From Gemmatimonadales bacterium (GTDB lineage Bacteria > Gemmatimonadota > Gemmatimonadetes > Gemmatimonadales > GWC2-71-9), in assembly GCA_965249575.1 (NCBI GenBank), contig OZ252244.1, positions 2,144,001 through 2,208,000 on the forward strand: 64,000 nucleotides of DNA. The letters run 5' to 3'. Within the stretch, counting starts at the first letter, position 1; the number at the start of each line of letters is the position of its first letter. Shown here piece after piece: positions 38,914 to 48,955 of this stretch. Under the pieces are notes generated by a model. It saw nothing but the letters and a program-made list of their open reading frames with translations. It was not told the origin of the DNA and searched no databases. Made by a program: the position numbers and the translations under genes.

Positions 38914-39990
38914 CTACCCTTCCAGATACTTGAAATAAGCTCTCACCAGCGTATTGCTCGGAGCAACAAGCCGGGTCATACCGATCGTACGGTAGACCTC
39001 GCGCCGGGTGATCTTCACCTTGTGCCCCGGAGTCAGGAGGTTCGCATCTCCGGCTGCCAGCCGGAGGGTTCGGACGGCGAAGTACAAAGAAGTGAGGCAG
39101 AAAAGGCGGACGCCGTACCCGAGGCGGGGAAGACCAGTACAGTACTCCAGCGCGTCCGCGAGGTGGTGGCGAGCCTTGGTGATGAGAATGTCCATTGCCT
39201 GCCGCGACTCCCGGTCCCGAGGGCCGTCAGCGAGCTGCTCAGGCTGAATCCCGGCGATCACACAGAGCTGTCGTGGGACGAACACCCACCCCCTCTTTCG
39301 GTCCTCGGAAACGTCTTTGATGATGTTGGTGAGCTGCAACCCCAGCCCAAAACTGGTGGCCAGGCTGTCCAGCCGCGCATAGCGGTCGTCCAGCGCCCGC
39401 CGATCGTGTATTCGGAACAACGCCGTGAGCAAGTGGCCGACCGTTCCGGCCACGTAGTAGCAGTAGCGGTCCAAGTCGGCCAAGCTGGCGAGCGCCGTGA
39501 GGTGCCCGGAATCCCCTTCGCCCCGTCGAACGGCGAACTCGGCCATGCCCTGGCACATCTCCCGGACCCATGGTCTGATGGCGTCCTGATCCCGGGTCTC
39601 GAGTCTACGATACTCTCGCAGAACGCCATCAGCCCTGGCGACGAGGTGCTCCTCATCGCTTCGAGGTTCGGCAAATGCGGAGCGGAGCGGCGCAACCGAC
39701 GCGTCGGCCTCGTTCAGGCAGCGGGCAAAGTGGTCAAGCAGGTGCTGCTTGTCGCGGCCCGACAGGTCAGGCCGGTCCTCGATGGTGTCGGCAATCCGGC
39801 AGAGGAGGTATGCGACGCGGACGCTATGATCGAGCGGGGCCGGGAGCAGGCGGATGCAGACCGCGAAGGTCCGGGAGACCCTGGGGAGCGTTTGGTGGCA
39901 ATACGCCCGGTCGGATTGCGGGTTGGGGTCCGTCGTCCCGATCGATGACCGCGGGGAGTGGGCCACTCGATCCGACCCCACGGTGCTCAT
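38914..39990 (-). CDS. Squalene/phytoene synthase family protein (single-enzyme squalene synthase type)
   Basis: VSRTFA, YLLCRIADTIED, YCYYVAGTVG, GLGLQLTNIIKDVSED, VKITR. Confidence 0.88.
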   Translation of the reverse strand: MSTVGSDRVAHSPRSSIGTTDPNPQSDRAYCHQTLPRVSRTFAVCIRLLPAPLDHSVRVAYLLCRIADTIEDRPDLSGRDKQHLLDHFARCLNEADASVAPLRSAFAEPRSDEEHLVARADGVLREYRRLETRDQDAIRPWVREMCQGMAEFAVRRGEGDSGHLTALASLADLDRYCYYVAGTVGHLLTALFRIHDRRALDDRYARLDSLATSFGLGLQLTNIIKDVSEDRKRGWVFVPRQLCVIAGIQPEQLADGPRDRESRQAMDILITKARHHLADALEYCTGLPRLGYGVRLFCLTSLYFAVRTLRLAAGDANLLTPGHKVKITRREVYRTIGMTRLVAPSNTLVRAYFKYLEG

Positions 39991-40454
39991 GGCTGCGGCT
40001 CGCCGAGGTCGTCGAGAATGGAGCGCGCCAGAAGGTCTCCGGGACTTCCACTCGGCACGATCGTCTCCATCTGTCGTTCCGGGAGGGAGGGATCGAGAGT
40101 CCAGCGGTAAACGGCCTCGATCACTACCTGCGTCTGCTGGTCCGATACTGGATCCGTGAACACTCGCATTCTGATCGTTCGATCGTCCTGGACGTCGGTG
40201 GCGGGTGCCAGGTCCGCGGCATCGAACCACCGTGTTTCGAGGTATCCCTCCTGAGCATTCATGCGGCTGATCACGATCCCCCGATCGATCATGGCTTGCC
40301 GAGCCGCCAAGACCAGCTCCGCGGCGTCGACTCGAAACGTATCCGCTGGGGCGGCGGTACCTGGCCCGAACGAGGGACGGACGGTAGCGGCGGTGCATCC
40401 CGCCACGACGCCGAGCCCGGCGATGACTCCAAGACGCGCCGGAGCTGGCGTTAC
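39987..40454 (-). CDS. Hypothetical lipoprotein (start codon uncertain)
   Basis: RLGVIAGLGVVAG-C lipobox; GYLETRWFD; ATGA overlap with the synthase gene. Confidence 0.55.
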   Translation of the reverse strand, partial: VTPAPARLGVIAGLGVVAGCTAATVRPSFGPGTAAPADTFRVDAAELVLAARQAMIDRGIVISRMNAQEGYLETRWFDAADLAPATDVQDDRTIRMRVFTDPVSDQQTQVVIEAVYRWTLDPSLPERQMETIVPSGSPGDLLARSILDDLGEPQP

Positions 40455-40470
40455 GACGCACTCCCTGCGA

Positions 40471-41358
40471 TCACAGCCCCAGGTCGCTGATCGTCGGTGG
40501 CTTGGTCGAGTAGTCATAGAACCCCTTACCCGACTTTCTGCCGTACATCCCCGCTAGGACCATTCGTTTCAAGAGTGGCGGGGGCGCGTATTTCGCGTCG
40601 CGGTACTCGTCGAACATGATTTCGGCGATCTTGTAGGTGGTGTCCAGACCGACGAAGTCGAGCAGGGTAAATGGTCCCATTGGGTGGCCCGTGCCGAGCA
40701 CCATTCCCTTGTCGATATCGGGAACGGATCCAACTCCGTGCTCGAGTGCTCGGATTGCATCGAGAATGTAAGGAACGAGGAGTAGGTTCACGATGAACCC
40801 GGACGAATCACGAGCCGCGATCGGCTCCTTCCCCAGCGACTGGGCAAAGGCCATCGTTCGCTCAAAGCTCGCCTGGCTGGTTGTCACGGTTCGAACGACC
40901 TCAACCAGCTTCATGATGGGAACGGGGTTGAAGAAGTGAAGACCCACGAAACGATCCCCGCGGGTGGTAGCGGCAGCCATCGCGGCGATCGTGAGGCTGG
41001 ACGTGTTCGAGGCGAAGATTGTCTGGTCACCACAAAGGCCATCGAGCTCCTTGAAGAGCGCGTTCTTGACGTCCAGATCCTCGGTCACTGCTTCGACAAT
41101 GATGTCGCAGGCTTTCAGGTCCGCCACGTCGGTCGTAAACGATAGGTTGCCCAAGGTCGCATCCCGCTGCTCTGCTGACAGCTTCCCCTTCTCGACCGCC
41201 TTTCCCAGCGCTCCGGAGACGCCGTTCTTTCCGCGCTCGTTGAGGGCGTCCGAGACCTCGCGGACGATGGTTGGGTGCCCGCTCCGCGCTGAGACTTGGG
41301 CGATCCCGCTTCCCATGAGTCCGCACCCGAGCACGCCGACGGTTTTGATTTCGGTCAT
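40471..41358 (-). CDS. hbd: 3-hydroxybutyryl-CoA dehydrogenase
   Basis: VLGCGLMGSGIA, VEAVTE, ASNTSS, GLHFFNP, GFIVN, PMGPF.LLD.VGLD, GRKSGKGFY. Confidence 0.92.
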   Translation of the reverse strand: MTEIKTVGVLGCGLMGSGIAQVSARSGHPTIVREVSDALNERGKNGVSGALGKAVEKGKLSAEQRDATLGNLSFTTDVADLKACDIIVEAVTEDLDVKNALFKELDGLCGDQTIFASNTSSLTIAAMAAATTRGDRFVGLHFFNPVPIMKLVEVVRTVTTSQASFERTMAFAQSLGKEPIAARDSSGFIVNLLLVPYILDAIRALEHGVGSVPDIDKGMVLGTGHPMGPFTLLDFVGLDTTYKIAEIMFDEYRDAKYAPPPLLKRMVLAGMYGRKSGKGFYDYSTKPPTISDLGL

Positions 41359-41396
41359 GGTGATGTTTGTTGAGGGTGGTGTTTAGAACGCCGTGC

Positions 41397-42227
41397 CTAC
41401 GGCTCGATTGCCCTTCTCACCTCATCGGCGATGCGAGTGAATGGGCCGTTGCCGGATTCCGCGGCCCGGCGCGGCAGGGCGATGTCCCCGCGCTCCAGTC
41501 GATCGAGTATATGCTCCAACGCTACCTGGACTCTCTCGAGCTCCCGACGCCGTCCGCGGGCTAAACTGAATGCGAGGCCGGCGGCGATCGGTACCGGTAT
41601 GACCGCCACGGGAATAGCGACGCCCAGTGTCAGCGCGATCACGGTGCTGAGCGACCCTAGGCCGAGCACGCCGCCCGCTGTTCCCAGTCGATCCGTTAAC
41701 GTGTTACCAAGGTCCGCGAGGAGCCGAACGTGGCTCCAGCCGGATTCGAGGGGGACGACCTTTCCCACGACCTCGCGGGCGCGCGCCAGAATGTACGCTC
41801 TCCCACCGAAATTGAGACTCCGGCGGAGCGAGGCGAACGCGCCCTGCCGCGCTTCCCACGAAGTCTGCTGGGGATATCGCCGCTTGACGGCCAATAGCTC
41901 CCCCTCGCTCATCCAGTGTCCCAGTCGCTGCTCTACTTCGTGGGGATCGCCCGCGATTGTCCTTGCTGCGTACACGTGTCGGGCTCCGGCGAGCCGGACC
42001 ATCAACCCCCGGGATTCTTCGATCGGGGGGCGCGTGAGTTCTTCGAGCAATGCACGTTTGAGGTATCCCTCTGGAATACCCACTTCCTGCCCGAGCCCGA
42101 TGATCTCGCTTTCCGTCAAGCCTTCGCCGATTTCCCGCTCGCCTGCCTGCAGCTCGGCTGCCCGTTTGACGATTCTCTCTAGCGCAGCCCGATCGAATCG
42201 CTGACCGGCCGGCACCAAGTCGCCCAT
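41397..42227 (-). CDS. Hypothetical membrane protein
   Basis: ERIVKRAAELQ..E.GI N-terminus; two C-terminal hydrophobic helices; tight operon spacing. Confidence 0.7.
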   Translation of the reverse strand: MGDLVPAGQRFDRAALERIVKRAAELQAGEREIGEGLTESEIIGLGQEVGIPEGYLKRALLEELTRPPIEESRGLMVRLAGARHVYAARTIAGDPHEVEQRLGHWMSEGELLAVKRRYPQQTSWEARQGAFASLRRSLNFGGRAYILARAREVVGKVVPLESGWSHVRLLADLGNTLTDRLGTAGGVLGLGSLSTVIALTLGVAIPVAVIPVPIAAGLAFSLARGRRRELERVQVALEHILDRLERGDIALPRRAAESGNGPFTRIADEVRRAIEP

Positions 42228-42233
42228 GCGGAG

Positions 42234-43064
42234 TCAGGATTTCTGCGGCAGGCGGTCAGCCGCCTGTGTCGGGACCGGAGTGCCGGTAGAACTTGGCAGT
42301 TGCTTTTCGGATTCGGGCTTGGTTCGTCCGGCGTCGAGGAACGGCTTCAGGAGATCGATGGGTACGGGCAGTACCAGCGTCGACTTGTTCTCAGCTGCGA
42401 CCTCGACGACCGTCTGAAGATACCGGAGCTGTATCGCGGTGGGTTCGCGCGACATGATATTGGCGGCCTCCGTCAGGCGACCGGCCGCCTGGAACTCGCC
42501 CTCCGCCGCGATGATCTTGGCCCGCCGCTCGCGCTCAGCCTCGGCCTGCCGGGCCATCGCCCGCTTCATTTCGGGCGGCAGGTCGACGTCTTTGACTTCG
42601 ACGGCGGAGACTTCGATTCCCCACGCCTCGGTCCGCTCATCCACGATGCGCTTCAAAATCCCATTGATCTTCTCACGGTCGGCCAGCAGCTCGTCGAGCT
42701 GAACCTCGCCGAGGACGCTGCGCAACGTCGTCTGCGCCAGCTGGCTCGTCGCGAACACGTAGTTCTCGATCTTGATGATTGCGAGGTCGGGTTCCTTCAC
42801 ACGCATGTAGAGGACGGCGTTCACCTTGATCGAAACGTTGTCCCGCGTGATGACGTCCTGCGGTGGGATGTCCATCGCAATGGTGCGTAGGGAAACGCGG
42901 TCCATCTTGGCGACGATCAGCGGAACGAAAACGAGCCCGGGACCCTTGGTTCCCCAGTACTTACCGAGTAGAAAGGCGGCGCCACGCTCGTATTGCTTGA
43001 GGACTCGGAGGCTTCCGAAGGCGTAAGCCACGGCCCCGATCACCGTCCCGAGAAGGATTTCCAT
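42234..43064 (-). CDS. SPFH/band 7 (slipin/stomatin-like) protein
   Basis: [46 protein letters not shown]. Confidence 0.93.
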   Translation of the reverse strand: MEILLGTVIGAVAYAFGSLRVLKQYERGAAFLLGKYWGTKGPGLVFVPLIVAKMDRVSLRTIAMDIPPQDVITRDNVSIKVNAVLYMRVKEPDLAIIKIENYVFATSQLAQTTLRSVLGEVQLDELLADREKINGILKRIVDERTEAWGIEVSAVEVKDVDLPPEMKRAMARQAEAERERRAKIIAAEGEFQAAGRLTEAANIMSREPTAIQLRYLQTVVEVAAENKSTLVLPVPIDLLKPFLDAGRTKPESEKQLPSSTGTPVPTQAADRLPQKS

Positions 43065-43072
43065 GCGACGAT

Positions 43073-44278
43073 CTAGAAGGCTTCCACGATTACGGCAGCT
43101 CCCTGGCCGCCACCGATGCACGCCGATCCGAGTCCGAAGCGCTTCTTCTGCTGTCGAAGAGCATGTAGCAAGTGCACCGTGATGCGAGTGCCACTGGCCG
43201 CGAGCGGGTGCCCGATTGCGATGGCGCCGCCGTGTAAGTTGGTGCGGTCTCGGTCGAGTCCCAACTCCTTCTCGACGGCCAGGTACTGGGGCGCAAAGGC
43301 TTCGTTCACCTCCACGAGGTCCATTTGGTCGAGATTCAGCCCCGCCTTCGTGAGAGCCTTCCGCGCCGCCGGCGCGGGTCCGATGCCCATGTACTTCGGC
43401 TCGACTCCGACCACCGCCCAGGCGACCAGCCGGCCCAACGGCGTGACTCCAGCCGCTTTCGCGACGTCATCCGTGGCCAGTACAGTCGCGGCACCCCCGT
43501 CGCAGATGCCGGATGCGTTTCCCGCTGTTACGAGGCCGTCCTTCTTGAAATAGGGTTTGAGTGACATGAGCGCTTCCAGCGTGGTGTCGGGACGAATGTG
43601 CTCGTCCTCCCTCCAGTCCGCGATCTCTTTGGACTTCCGATGCTTGACGGGCACCGGCACGACCTCGTCTTGAAACACACAATCCTTCCAAGCCTTTGCT
43701 GCGAGCTGCTGACTGCGCAGGGCAACGGCATCGACGTCCTCGCGCTTCAGCGCATACTTGTCGGCGAGATTCTCCGCGGTTTCAGCCATCGAAAATCCGC
43801 ACTGAGGATCGGTGAGGGCTTCCCACAGCAAGTCCTCCAAAGGCTGCGTTGGCCCGAGTCGCAGTCCCCACCTTACGCCTCGAACGACGTGCGGCGCTTG
43901 GCTCATCGATTCGGCTCCGCCCGCCAACACCACATCGGATTCGCCGAGCAGGATCTGCTGGGCGCCCTGAATGATCGATTCGAATCCCGAGCCGCACAGC
44001 CGGTTCACGGTTACGGCCGGCGTTTCGATCGGGAGTCCTGCGCGAAGCGCCACGTGCCGCGCGAGGTATATGGCATCGGCAGAGGTTTGGAGGGCGTTTC
44101 CGAAAACGACGTGATCGACTTTGTTCTCGGAGATCCCGGAGCGCTCGAGTGCATGCTGGGCGGCAATCGTGCCGAGGTCCGTCGCGGAAAAAGCCTTCAG
44201 CGACCCGCCAAACGCCCCGAATCCCGTACGAACGCCGGACAGGAATACGACGCTGGGTCGCGTGTCTCTCGTCTTCAT
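43073..44278 (-). CDS. Acetyl-CoA C-acyltransferase (thiolase)
   Basis: [44 protein letters not shown]. Confidence 0.95.
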   Translation of the reverse strand: MKTRDTRPSVVFLSGVRTGFGAFGGSLKAFSATDLGTIAAQHALERSGISENKVDHVVFGNALQTSADAIYLARHVALRAGLPIETPAVTVNRLCGSGFESIIQGAQQILLGESDVVLAGGAESMSQAPHVVRGVRWGLRLGPTQPLEDLLWEALTDPQCGFSMAETAENLADKYALKREDVDAVALRSQQLAAKAWKDCVFQDEVVPVPVKHRKSKEIADWREDEHIRPDTTLEALMSLKPYFKKDGLVTAGNASGICDGGAATVLATDDVAKAAGVTPLGRLVAWAVVGVEPKYMGIGPAPAARKALTKAGLNLDQMDLVEVNEAFAPQYLAVEKELGLDRDRTNLHGGAIAIGHPLAASGTRITVHLLHALRQQKKRFGLGSACIGGGQGAAVIVEAF

Positions 44279-44392
44279 GGAATGACGCCCCCGCACAGAT
44301 CAAGACGCTACGGCCACCGGAAGCTCAATATAGAGTGAAGACCCATCAGATGGGGAGCGGCATCCCCTGCTGACGACAGGGGCGCCAAGTGA

Positions 44393-45082
44393 TCAGGCTC
44401 CTGCGCCGTCCGCGTCCCAGCCGACCACCCGGTGCCCACAACTGGCGCAGAAGACCCAAACCGTTTCCAGTCCGGCACCGCACTTCGCGCACTCCTCCAT
44501 GCTCGCTTGGCCGCCGCAGAATGGGCAGTAAAGCGCGCGCCGCCCGGGGAGACCGGCTCCGCAGTGTGGGCAGGTTCCCAGGCGCTCGTCGGATGGTGCG
44601 GGAAAGCTGCGTTCCGGAGCGGCGGCGACGGGTTCCGTGGTGGTCTGGACCGGGGGTGCCTGCTCCTCCGGTTCGGGCACCGCAGGCGGCGCAAACTCGG
44701 TGCCGGGAGGGGCGTATGCACCGTGCGGGTTCAGAACGGCTCGCACGGCCTCCACGTTCAACGTCACCTTGCTAGCCGCGTAGTCGCGCAAGACCCCAGG
44801 GTTGGGGTCGACCTCCCGGATCTCTTCGATGAGGGCGTCCCGCACCTCGGCTGGGGACACGACGGCGTAGCCCCGCTCCCCAGACAGGAACCGGAGGACC
44901 GCCATTTCGTAGTCCTGGTGGCTGTCGAGTCCAAGGGCCCGGCGGTGGACCTTATAAGGAAGGATTTTCTGATACAGCTCAGAGGCCTCGAACGGCGAGC
45001 TCAGCTTCTTCGGGTTTTGTTCGGCTAGGACGTTGACCAGGAGCTCGAACAAGCGCCCGACGTCCTCTCCCGGTCGGCTCAC
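44393..45082 (-). CDS. Protein with C-terminal double zinc ribbon
   Basis: CPHC, CPFC, CAKC, CASC; Pro-rich linker; GTGA overlap with the upstream stop. Confidence 0.8.
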   Translation of the reverse strand: MSRPGEDVGRLFELLVNVLAEQNPKKLSSPFEASELYQKILPYKVHRRALGLDSHQDYEMAVLRFLSGERGYAVVSPAEVRDALIEEIREVDPNPGVLRDYAASKVTLNVEAVRAVLNPHGAYAPPGTEFAPPAVPEPEEQAPPVQTTTEPVAAAPERSFPAPSDERLGTCPHCGAGLPGRRALYCPFCGGQASMEECAKCGAGLETVWVFCASCGHRVVGWDADGAGA

Positions 45083-45579
45083 CGCCACTCTCCCTCCCAT
45101 CGCTCGTATGCTACCGGAACGACGCCGGCCGTCTCGAGTAACTCGAGTCCGCTCGGATCTCGGTAGGCTCGGCGGTAGAACACATGGCTGACGTCGGAGT
45201 TGATCATCAGCTTGGCGCACATGATGCACGGGCTGGTGGTCACGAAGACCACCTTGTCACCCATGCTCCCAGGCGCCTTTACCAGGGCGTTCACCTCCGA
45301 GTGAATGCACCCGCAGCTTCCCGGCACCGCGGAATCGCACTTGTTCGGTAACCCTTTTGCGTTCCCGTTGTAACCGATTGCCACCACGTTCTGGAGTCGC
45401 GCGTCGGTTACTACGGTCCCGACCTGCAGTCGCGCGCACGTTGAACGCTTCGCCAGCTCCTCCGCCATCCGCATGTAGACCTCGTATAGGGGAATGCGGC
45501 TGAGGTCCGGCTCGGCGTCTGGCTCGATGAGGTTGAGGGGGTGTGTATTCGCGCTCACGCCGTCCTTGAATCCGGTCAT
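45079..45579 (-). CDS. dCMP deaminase (ComEB-like)
   Basis: RSTC, GYNG, IHSEVNAL, SPCIMC. Confidence 0.9.
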   Translation of the reverse strand: MTGFKDGVSANTHPLNLIEPDAEPDLSRIPLYEVYMRMAEELAKRSTCARLQVGTVVTDARLQNVVAIGYNGNAKGLPNKCDSAVPGSCGCIHSEVNALVKAPGSMGDKVVFVTTSPCIMCAKLMINSDVSHVFYRRAYRDPSGLELLETAGVVPVAYERWEGEWR

Positions 45580-46184
45580 GGGGGCCCGTTCAGTTGGTTT
45601 ACGAGTCTCGAGAACTCGGCGTCCGGGTCGAAGTCGACGAATTGCTTCCGAGCACGGCGCTCCCCGAGCCATGCGTCGAATCCCGACAGCACTGCGCCCC
45701 GCGATGTTTCCTGCTCCGTGGCAGCTCTGATCGCGAGGTCGTTCGCGTATTCGTTCTTGGGATTCCCAGCGTGGCCGCGAACCCAGATGAACGTCGGCTG
45801 GTGATCTCCGGCCACGCGGACAAGTGTCTTCCACAACTCCAAGTTCTCGACCTTACCTCCCCTACGCTTCCAGCCCCGGGCCCGCCAGGCAGCCACCCAC
45901 TCGTTCATGCCGTGTACCAGATACTGCGAGTCCGAGACATACGCTACCCTGAATCGATCGCTCCCGTCTCCCTTCAGCAGTGCCAGGGCGGCGATCGCCC
46001 CGTTGAGTGCCATCCGGTTGTTCGTGGTGCCTCGAGCGGCGAGGTACAAATCCCGTCGCAGGATACGCTCATCCGCCTGCGTCTCGATGAGTGCGGCCGC
46101 GCCCCCAGGGCTTTCGCGGCTCCGATCGTTACCGAGGCAGCTTTCGTCCGCGTGAATGACTGCCACGGTGAGTTGCTCAGCCAT
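45576..46184 (-). CDS. rnhA: Ribonuclease HI
   Basis: HADESCLGN, TTNNRM, SDSQY, WRARGWK, NLELW, WVRGHAG..NEYANDLA. Confidence 0.88.
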   Translation of the reverse strand: MAEQLTVAVIHADESCLGNDRSRESPGGAAALIETQADERILRRDLYLAARGTTNNRMALNGAIAALALLKGDGSDRFRVAYVSDSQYLVHGMNEWVAAWRARGWKRRGGKVENLELWKTLVRVAGDHQPTFIWVRGHAGNPKNEYANDLAIRAATEQETSRGAVLSGFDAWLGERRARKQFVDFDPDAEFSRLVNQLNGPP

Positions 46185-47259
46185 CTTCGAGCGCGTCGAT
46201 CTCCGCCAGAGGGCCGTCGACGATTTCACCCACCACCGCGCCGCCGTAGGGGGCGTTCTCCCGATCCAGCAGCTCGATCAGCGCGTCGGCCCGACCGGCT
46301 TCCACCGCAATCAAGAGTCCCCCGGAGGTTTGCGCGTCGGTCATGAGAATCCGTTGGAGCGGGTCCACCGCAGATCCCCAGCGGGTGTACTCGTCCGAGG
46401 CTTCGCGGTTGCGGTCCGAGCCGCCAGGAACGGCTCCCCGCTCGGCGAGCTCGAGCGCCCGGTCGAGCAGGGGGACCCGCCGCACCCATACCCGGGCGCT
46501 CCGCTGACTGGCGGCCAACATGTTCCGGAGGTGGCCCATCACACCGAATCCCGTGACGTCGGTCGCCGCATGTACCGCGGATCCCAACGACCGCATGGCG
46601 CGCATGGCGCCGTCGTTCAATCGCATCATCGACTGGACGGCCGGCTCGATTCCAGACTCGGCAAGCAAGTCGCGTTTCAGAGCCGTGGTGAGCACTCCCG
46701 TTCCGATCGGTTTGGTGAGGACGAGCAGGTCGCCGGGGCGAGCCGTCGCATTGGTGATTAGCTTGTTCGGATGTACCTCTCCGATCGCGACCATGCCGAA
46801 TTTCGGTTCCGGATCGTCAACAGAATGGCCACCCAAAACGAACGCACCAGCGCGGTTAGCCACATCCGAGCCCCCACGAAGGGTCTCGCCTAGTAAATCG
46901 AGCAGGGCGGGGTCCCGCGGCCAAGCCAGGATGTTTAGGCCAAAGAGCGGCGCGGCTCCCATGGCGTAGAGGTCGCTCAGCGCGTTCGCCGCGGCGATCG
47001 CGCCGAACGCGTAAGGATCGTCGACCACAGGCGCGAAGAAGTCCACCGTTGCGACCAGGGCGCGGTCCGGAGAGATCTGAAAGACCGCGGCATCGTCGCG
47101 TGTCGATTGCGCGACCAAAACGCGTGGGTCACTCACAACGGGAACGTGGCGCAGGACCTGCGCCAGCTCGTCCAGGCCGAGCTTAGAGGCTCAGCCGGCC
47201 CCGTGGGAAAGCGACGTCAGCCGGATGCGCGGACGCTGGTCCCGGGGTGCGTCGTTCAT
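46177..47259 (-). CDS. selD: Selenide, water dikinase (selenophosphate synthetase), selenocysteine at UGA 47191-47193
   Basis: MNDAP..RLTSLSHGAG-TGA-ASKLG continues in frame into ORF 46177-47136 (DDAAV, TVDFF, NALSDLYAMG, GGHS, LTKPIGTG, TDVTGFG, DAQTSGGLL); GGAGG RBS. Confidence 0.93.
47147..47165 (-). promoter_or_regulatory. Candidate bacterial SECIS hairpin in selD mRNA
   Basis: UGGCGCAG-GUC-CUGCGCCA perfect 8-bp stem starting 26 nt after the UGA, with G in the apical loop. Confidence 0.7.
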
Positions 47260-47277
47260 CGTCCTCCAGGGGATAGT

Positions 47278-47982
47278 GTGGATCATAGTTGGGCCGCTTA
47301 CGCGGCCGCTGTTGCTCTGGGCGCGGCGCACGCGCTTGAGGTCGATCACATGGTTGCCGTGACGGCGTTCGTCGGTGGTCACCCAAGGTCTGCGCTCGCG
47401 TTCGGCACGGGCGTTCGATGGGGTGTGGGGCACGCCGTCGCTCTCATGGCGGCGGGGGGGCTGCTTGCCTGGACCGGACTCACCCTTCCCGAGGCCGCGG
47501 GATTGTGGATGGAGATGGGGGTTGGCGTCTTGCTCATTAGTGTCGGGATCTGGGTTGTCAGAACGGCGTCACGGCTCCACGTGCACGGCCCGCCGAAGCA
47601 CGATGGTCACGCGCACCTGCATGCACACGAGGGGAGCGACCACTCTCATTCACACGTCCACTCCTCCAACTCGCATTTCCGTCACCGCCATCTCACGACA
47701 CTTGTCGGCGCGTTCCACGGCCTCGCAGGCACCGCCCCCCTTGTGGCGCTCCTTCCGGTCACGATGATCTCCGACATTTGGGCGGCGTTCGGTTACCTCG
47801 CGGCGTTTGGTCTCGGCACCACGGTGTCCATGGGCGTTTACGGAGCGATCGCCGCCGCCACGGCCCAACGGGCGGCCGTATCCTCTGCCTCTGCACACAG
47901 ACTGGCTGTGGCAACGGCCGTCGCCAGTATAGGCGTGGGTGTTTGGTGGATCGTTCGGTCCATTCCAGCCCTATCCGGTTAG
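47278..47982 (+). CDS. UreH/SodT/NicO-like nickel/cobalt permease with His-rich loop
   Basis: GAAHALEVDH, WGVGH, HVH..HDGHAHLHAH..HSHSHVH, GAFHGLAGT, FGLGT..SM. Confidence 0.8.
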   Translation: MDHSWAAYAAAVALGAAHALEVDHMVAVTAFVGGHPRSALAFGTGVRWGVGHAVALMAAGGLLAWTGLTLPEAAGLWMEMGVGVLLISVGIWVVRTASRLHVHGPPKHDGHAHLHAHEGSDHSHSHVHSSNSHFRHRHLTTLVGAFHGLAGTAPLVALLPVTMISDIWAAFGYLAAFGLGTTVSMGVYGAIAAATAQRAAVSSASAHRLAVATAVASIGVGVWWIVRSIPALSG

Positions 47983-47983
47983 G

Positions 47984-48886
47984 CTAGCGGCCGGCCGTTC
48001 TCAGTGCTCTGAGAACAATAAGGGCGCGTTCCTCATTGGCCGGTTCGGCGAACACGTCGACGTCCACACCGGAACTATACAATGCTGGGATGGCATGTCG
48101 CACCGCTTCCCGCGCGTCAGCAGTTGGAATCTGGGTCAGTGCGTCGAGGGCGTGAAGAAGATGCGCTCCCGCCCATGTGCCGTCGTCTCGCTGATGGCGT
48201 ACCACGTGTGCCGTGATTTCTCCCAGTCGGTCCCGGTATTCGAGAGGAGCGTGTGCCAGCGCCCCGAGGGCGCAGAATACGAGCTCGGGGGTCCAGTCCT
48301 GCTCCCAGTTCTCCCACATGTCCCGAATGGCAAAGAGTGACTCCACGTGCCGGCGCACGGGTGCCCGCCGGTCCTCCCGAGCCCGGAGCACGGTTCGGAG
48401 CGCGAAGCAGCTCGCGGCGAAGCGAGCATCCAGCTCCGACTGGCCCACTACGCCCGACGGGAAGGCAAGGGGGGCGATCGGTTCCTCAGCCGTCCCCGGA
48501 GAAAAAAACCCACCCTGGAACGCAGTACCGAGCCGGAGGTCCGATCCCAGACCGACGCCGGTTTCACCAAACCGTCCAGGCTGGTCCGCGCGGGTCAGGA
48601 TAAACCCCACCATTCGGACCACGCCCGCATTGTCCGACGGACAATCGAGCTGGAGCAGCTCCCACGCTGTCCACGCAGTCCGCACCAACGAATGGTCCAC
48701 GCTCCCGTCCGGTCGCGTACAGCGTCGCCGCTCGCGAATGAGGTGCTCCACTAATTGCGGGTCGTCGCTCTTGGGGCGGCCGAGCAGCCGGCGACCGAGC
48801 ACTCCCGGCCGCGTTTGGCGTGCCCGGAAGAACTCCGCGGCGCGACCCAGTGCGTGGGCGTGTTCCGTAGGAGACTCGGCCGTCAT
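47984..48886 (-). CDS. Hypothetical helical protein, possibly prenyltransferase/squalene-oxidase-repeat-like
   Basis: RPDGS and HQRDDGTW (QW-like) motifs; fills the gap between neighbours. Confidence 0.55.
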   Translation of the reverse strand: MTAESPTEHAHALGRAAEFFRARQTRPGVLGRRLLGRPKSDDPQLVEHLIRERRRCTRPDGSVDHSLVRTAWTAWELLQLDCPSDNAGVVRMVGFILTRADQPGRFGETGVGLGSDLRLGTAFQGGFFSPGTAEEPIAPLAFPSGVVGQSELDARFAASCFALRTVLRAREDRRAPVRRHVESLFAIRDMWENWEQDWTPELVFCALGALAHAPLEYRDRLGEITAHVVRHQRDDGTWAGAHLLHALDALTQIPTADAREAVRHAIPALYSSGVDVDVFAEPANEERALIVLRALRTAGR

Positions 48887-48955
48887 GATAAGTAAAGATG
48901 AGGTGTGGGTCGCGGTGCCGGCCAGTCCGGCGGACGAGACGCCGCTACGAGCCGA

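Noticed and set aside
38914..40461. 515-aa extended squalene synthase
   Set aside because: The Arg-rich extension overlaps the lipoprotein gene in another frame; the ATGA-coupled start at 39990 is more plausible.
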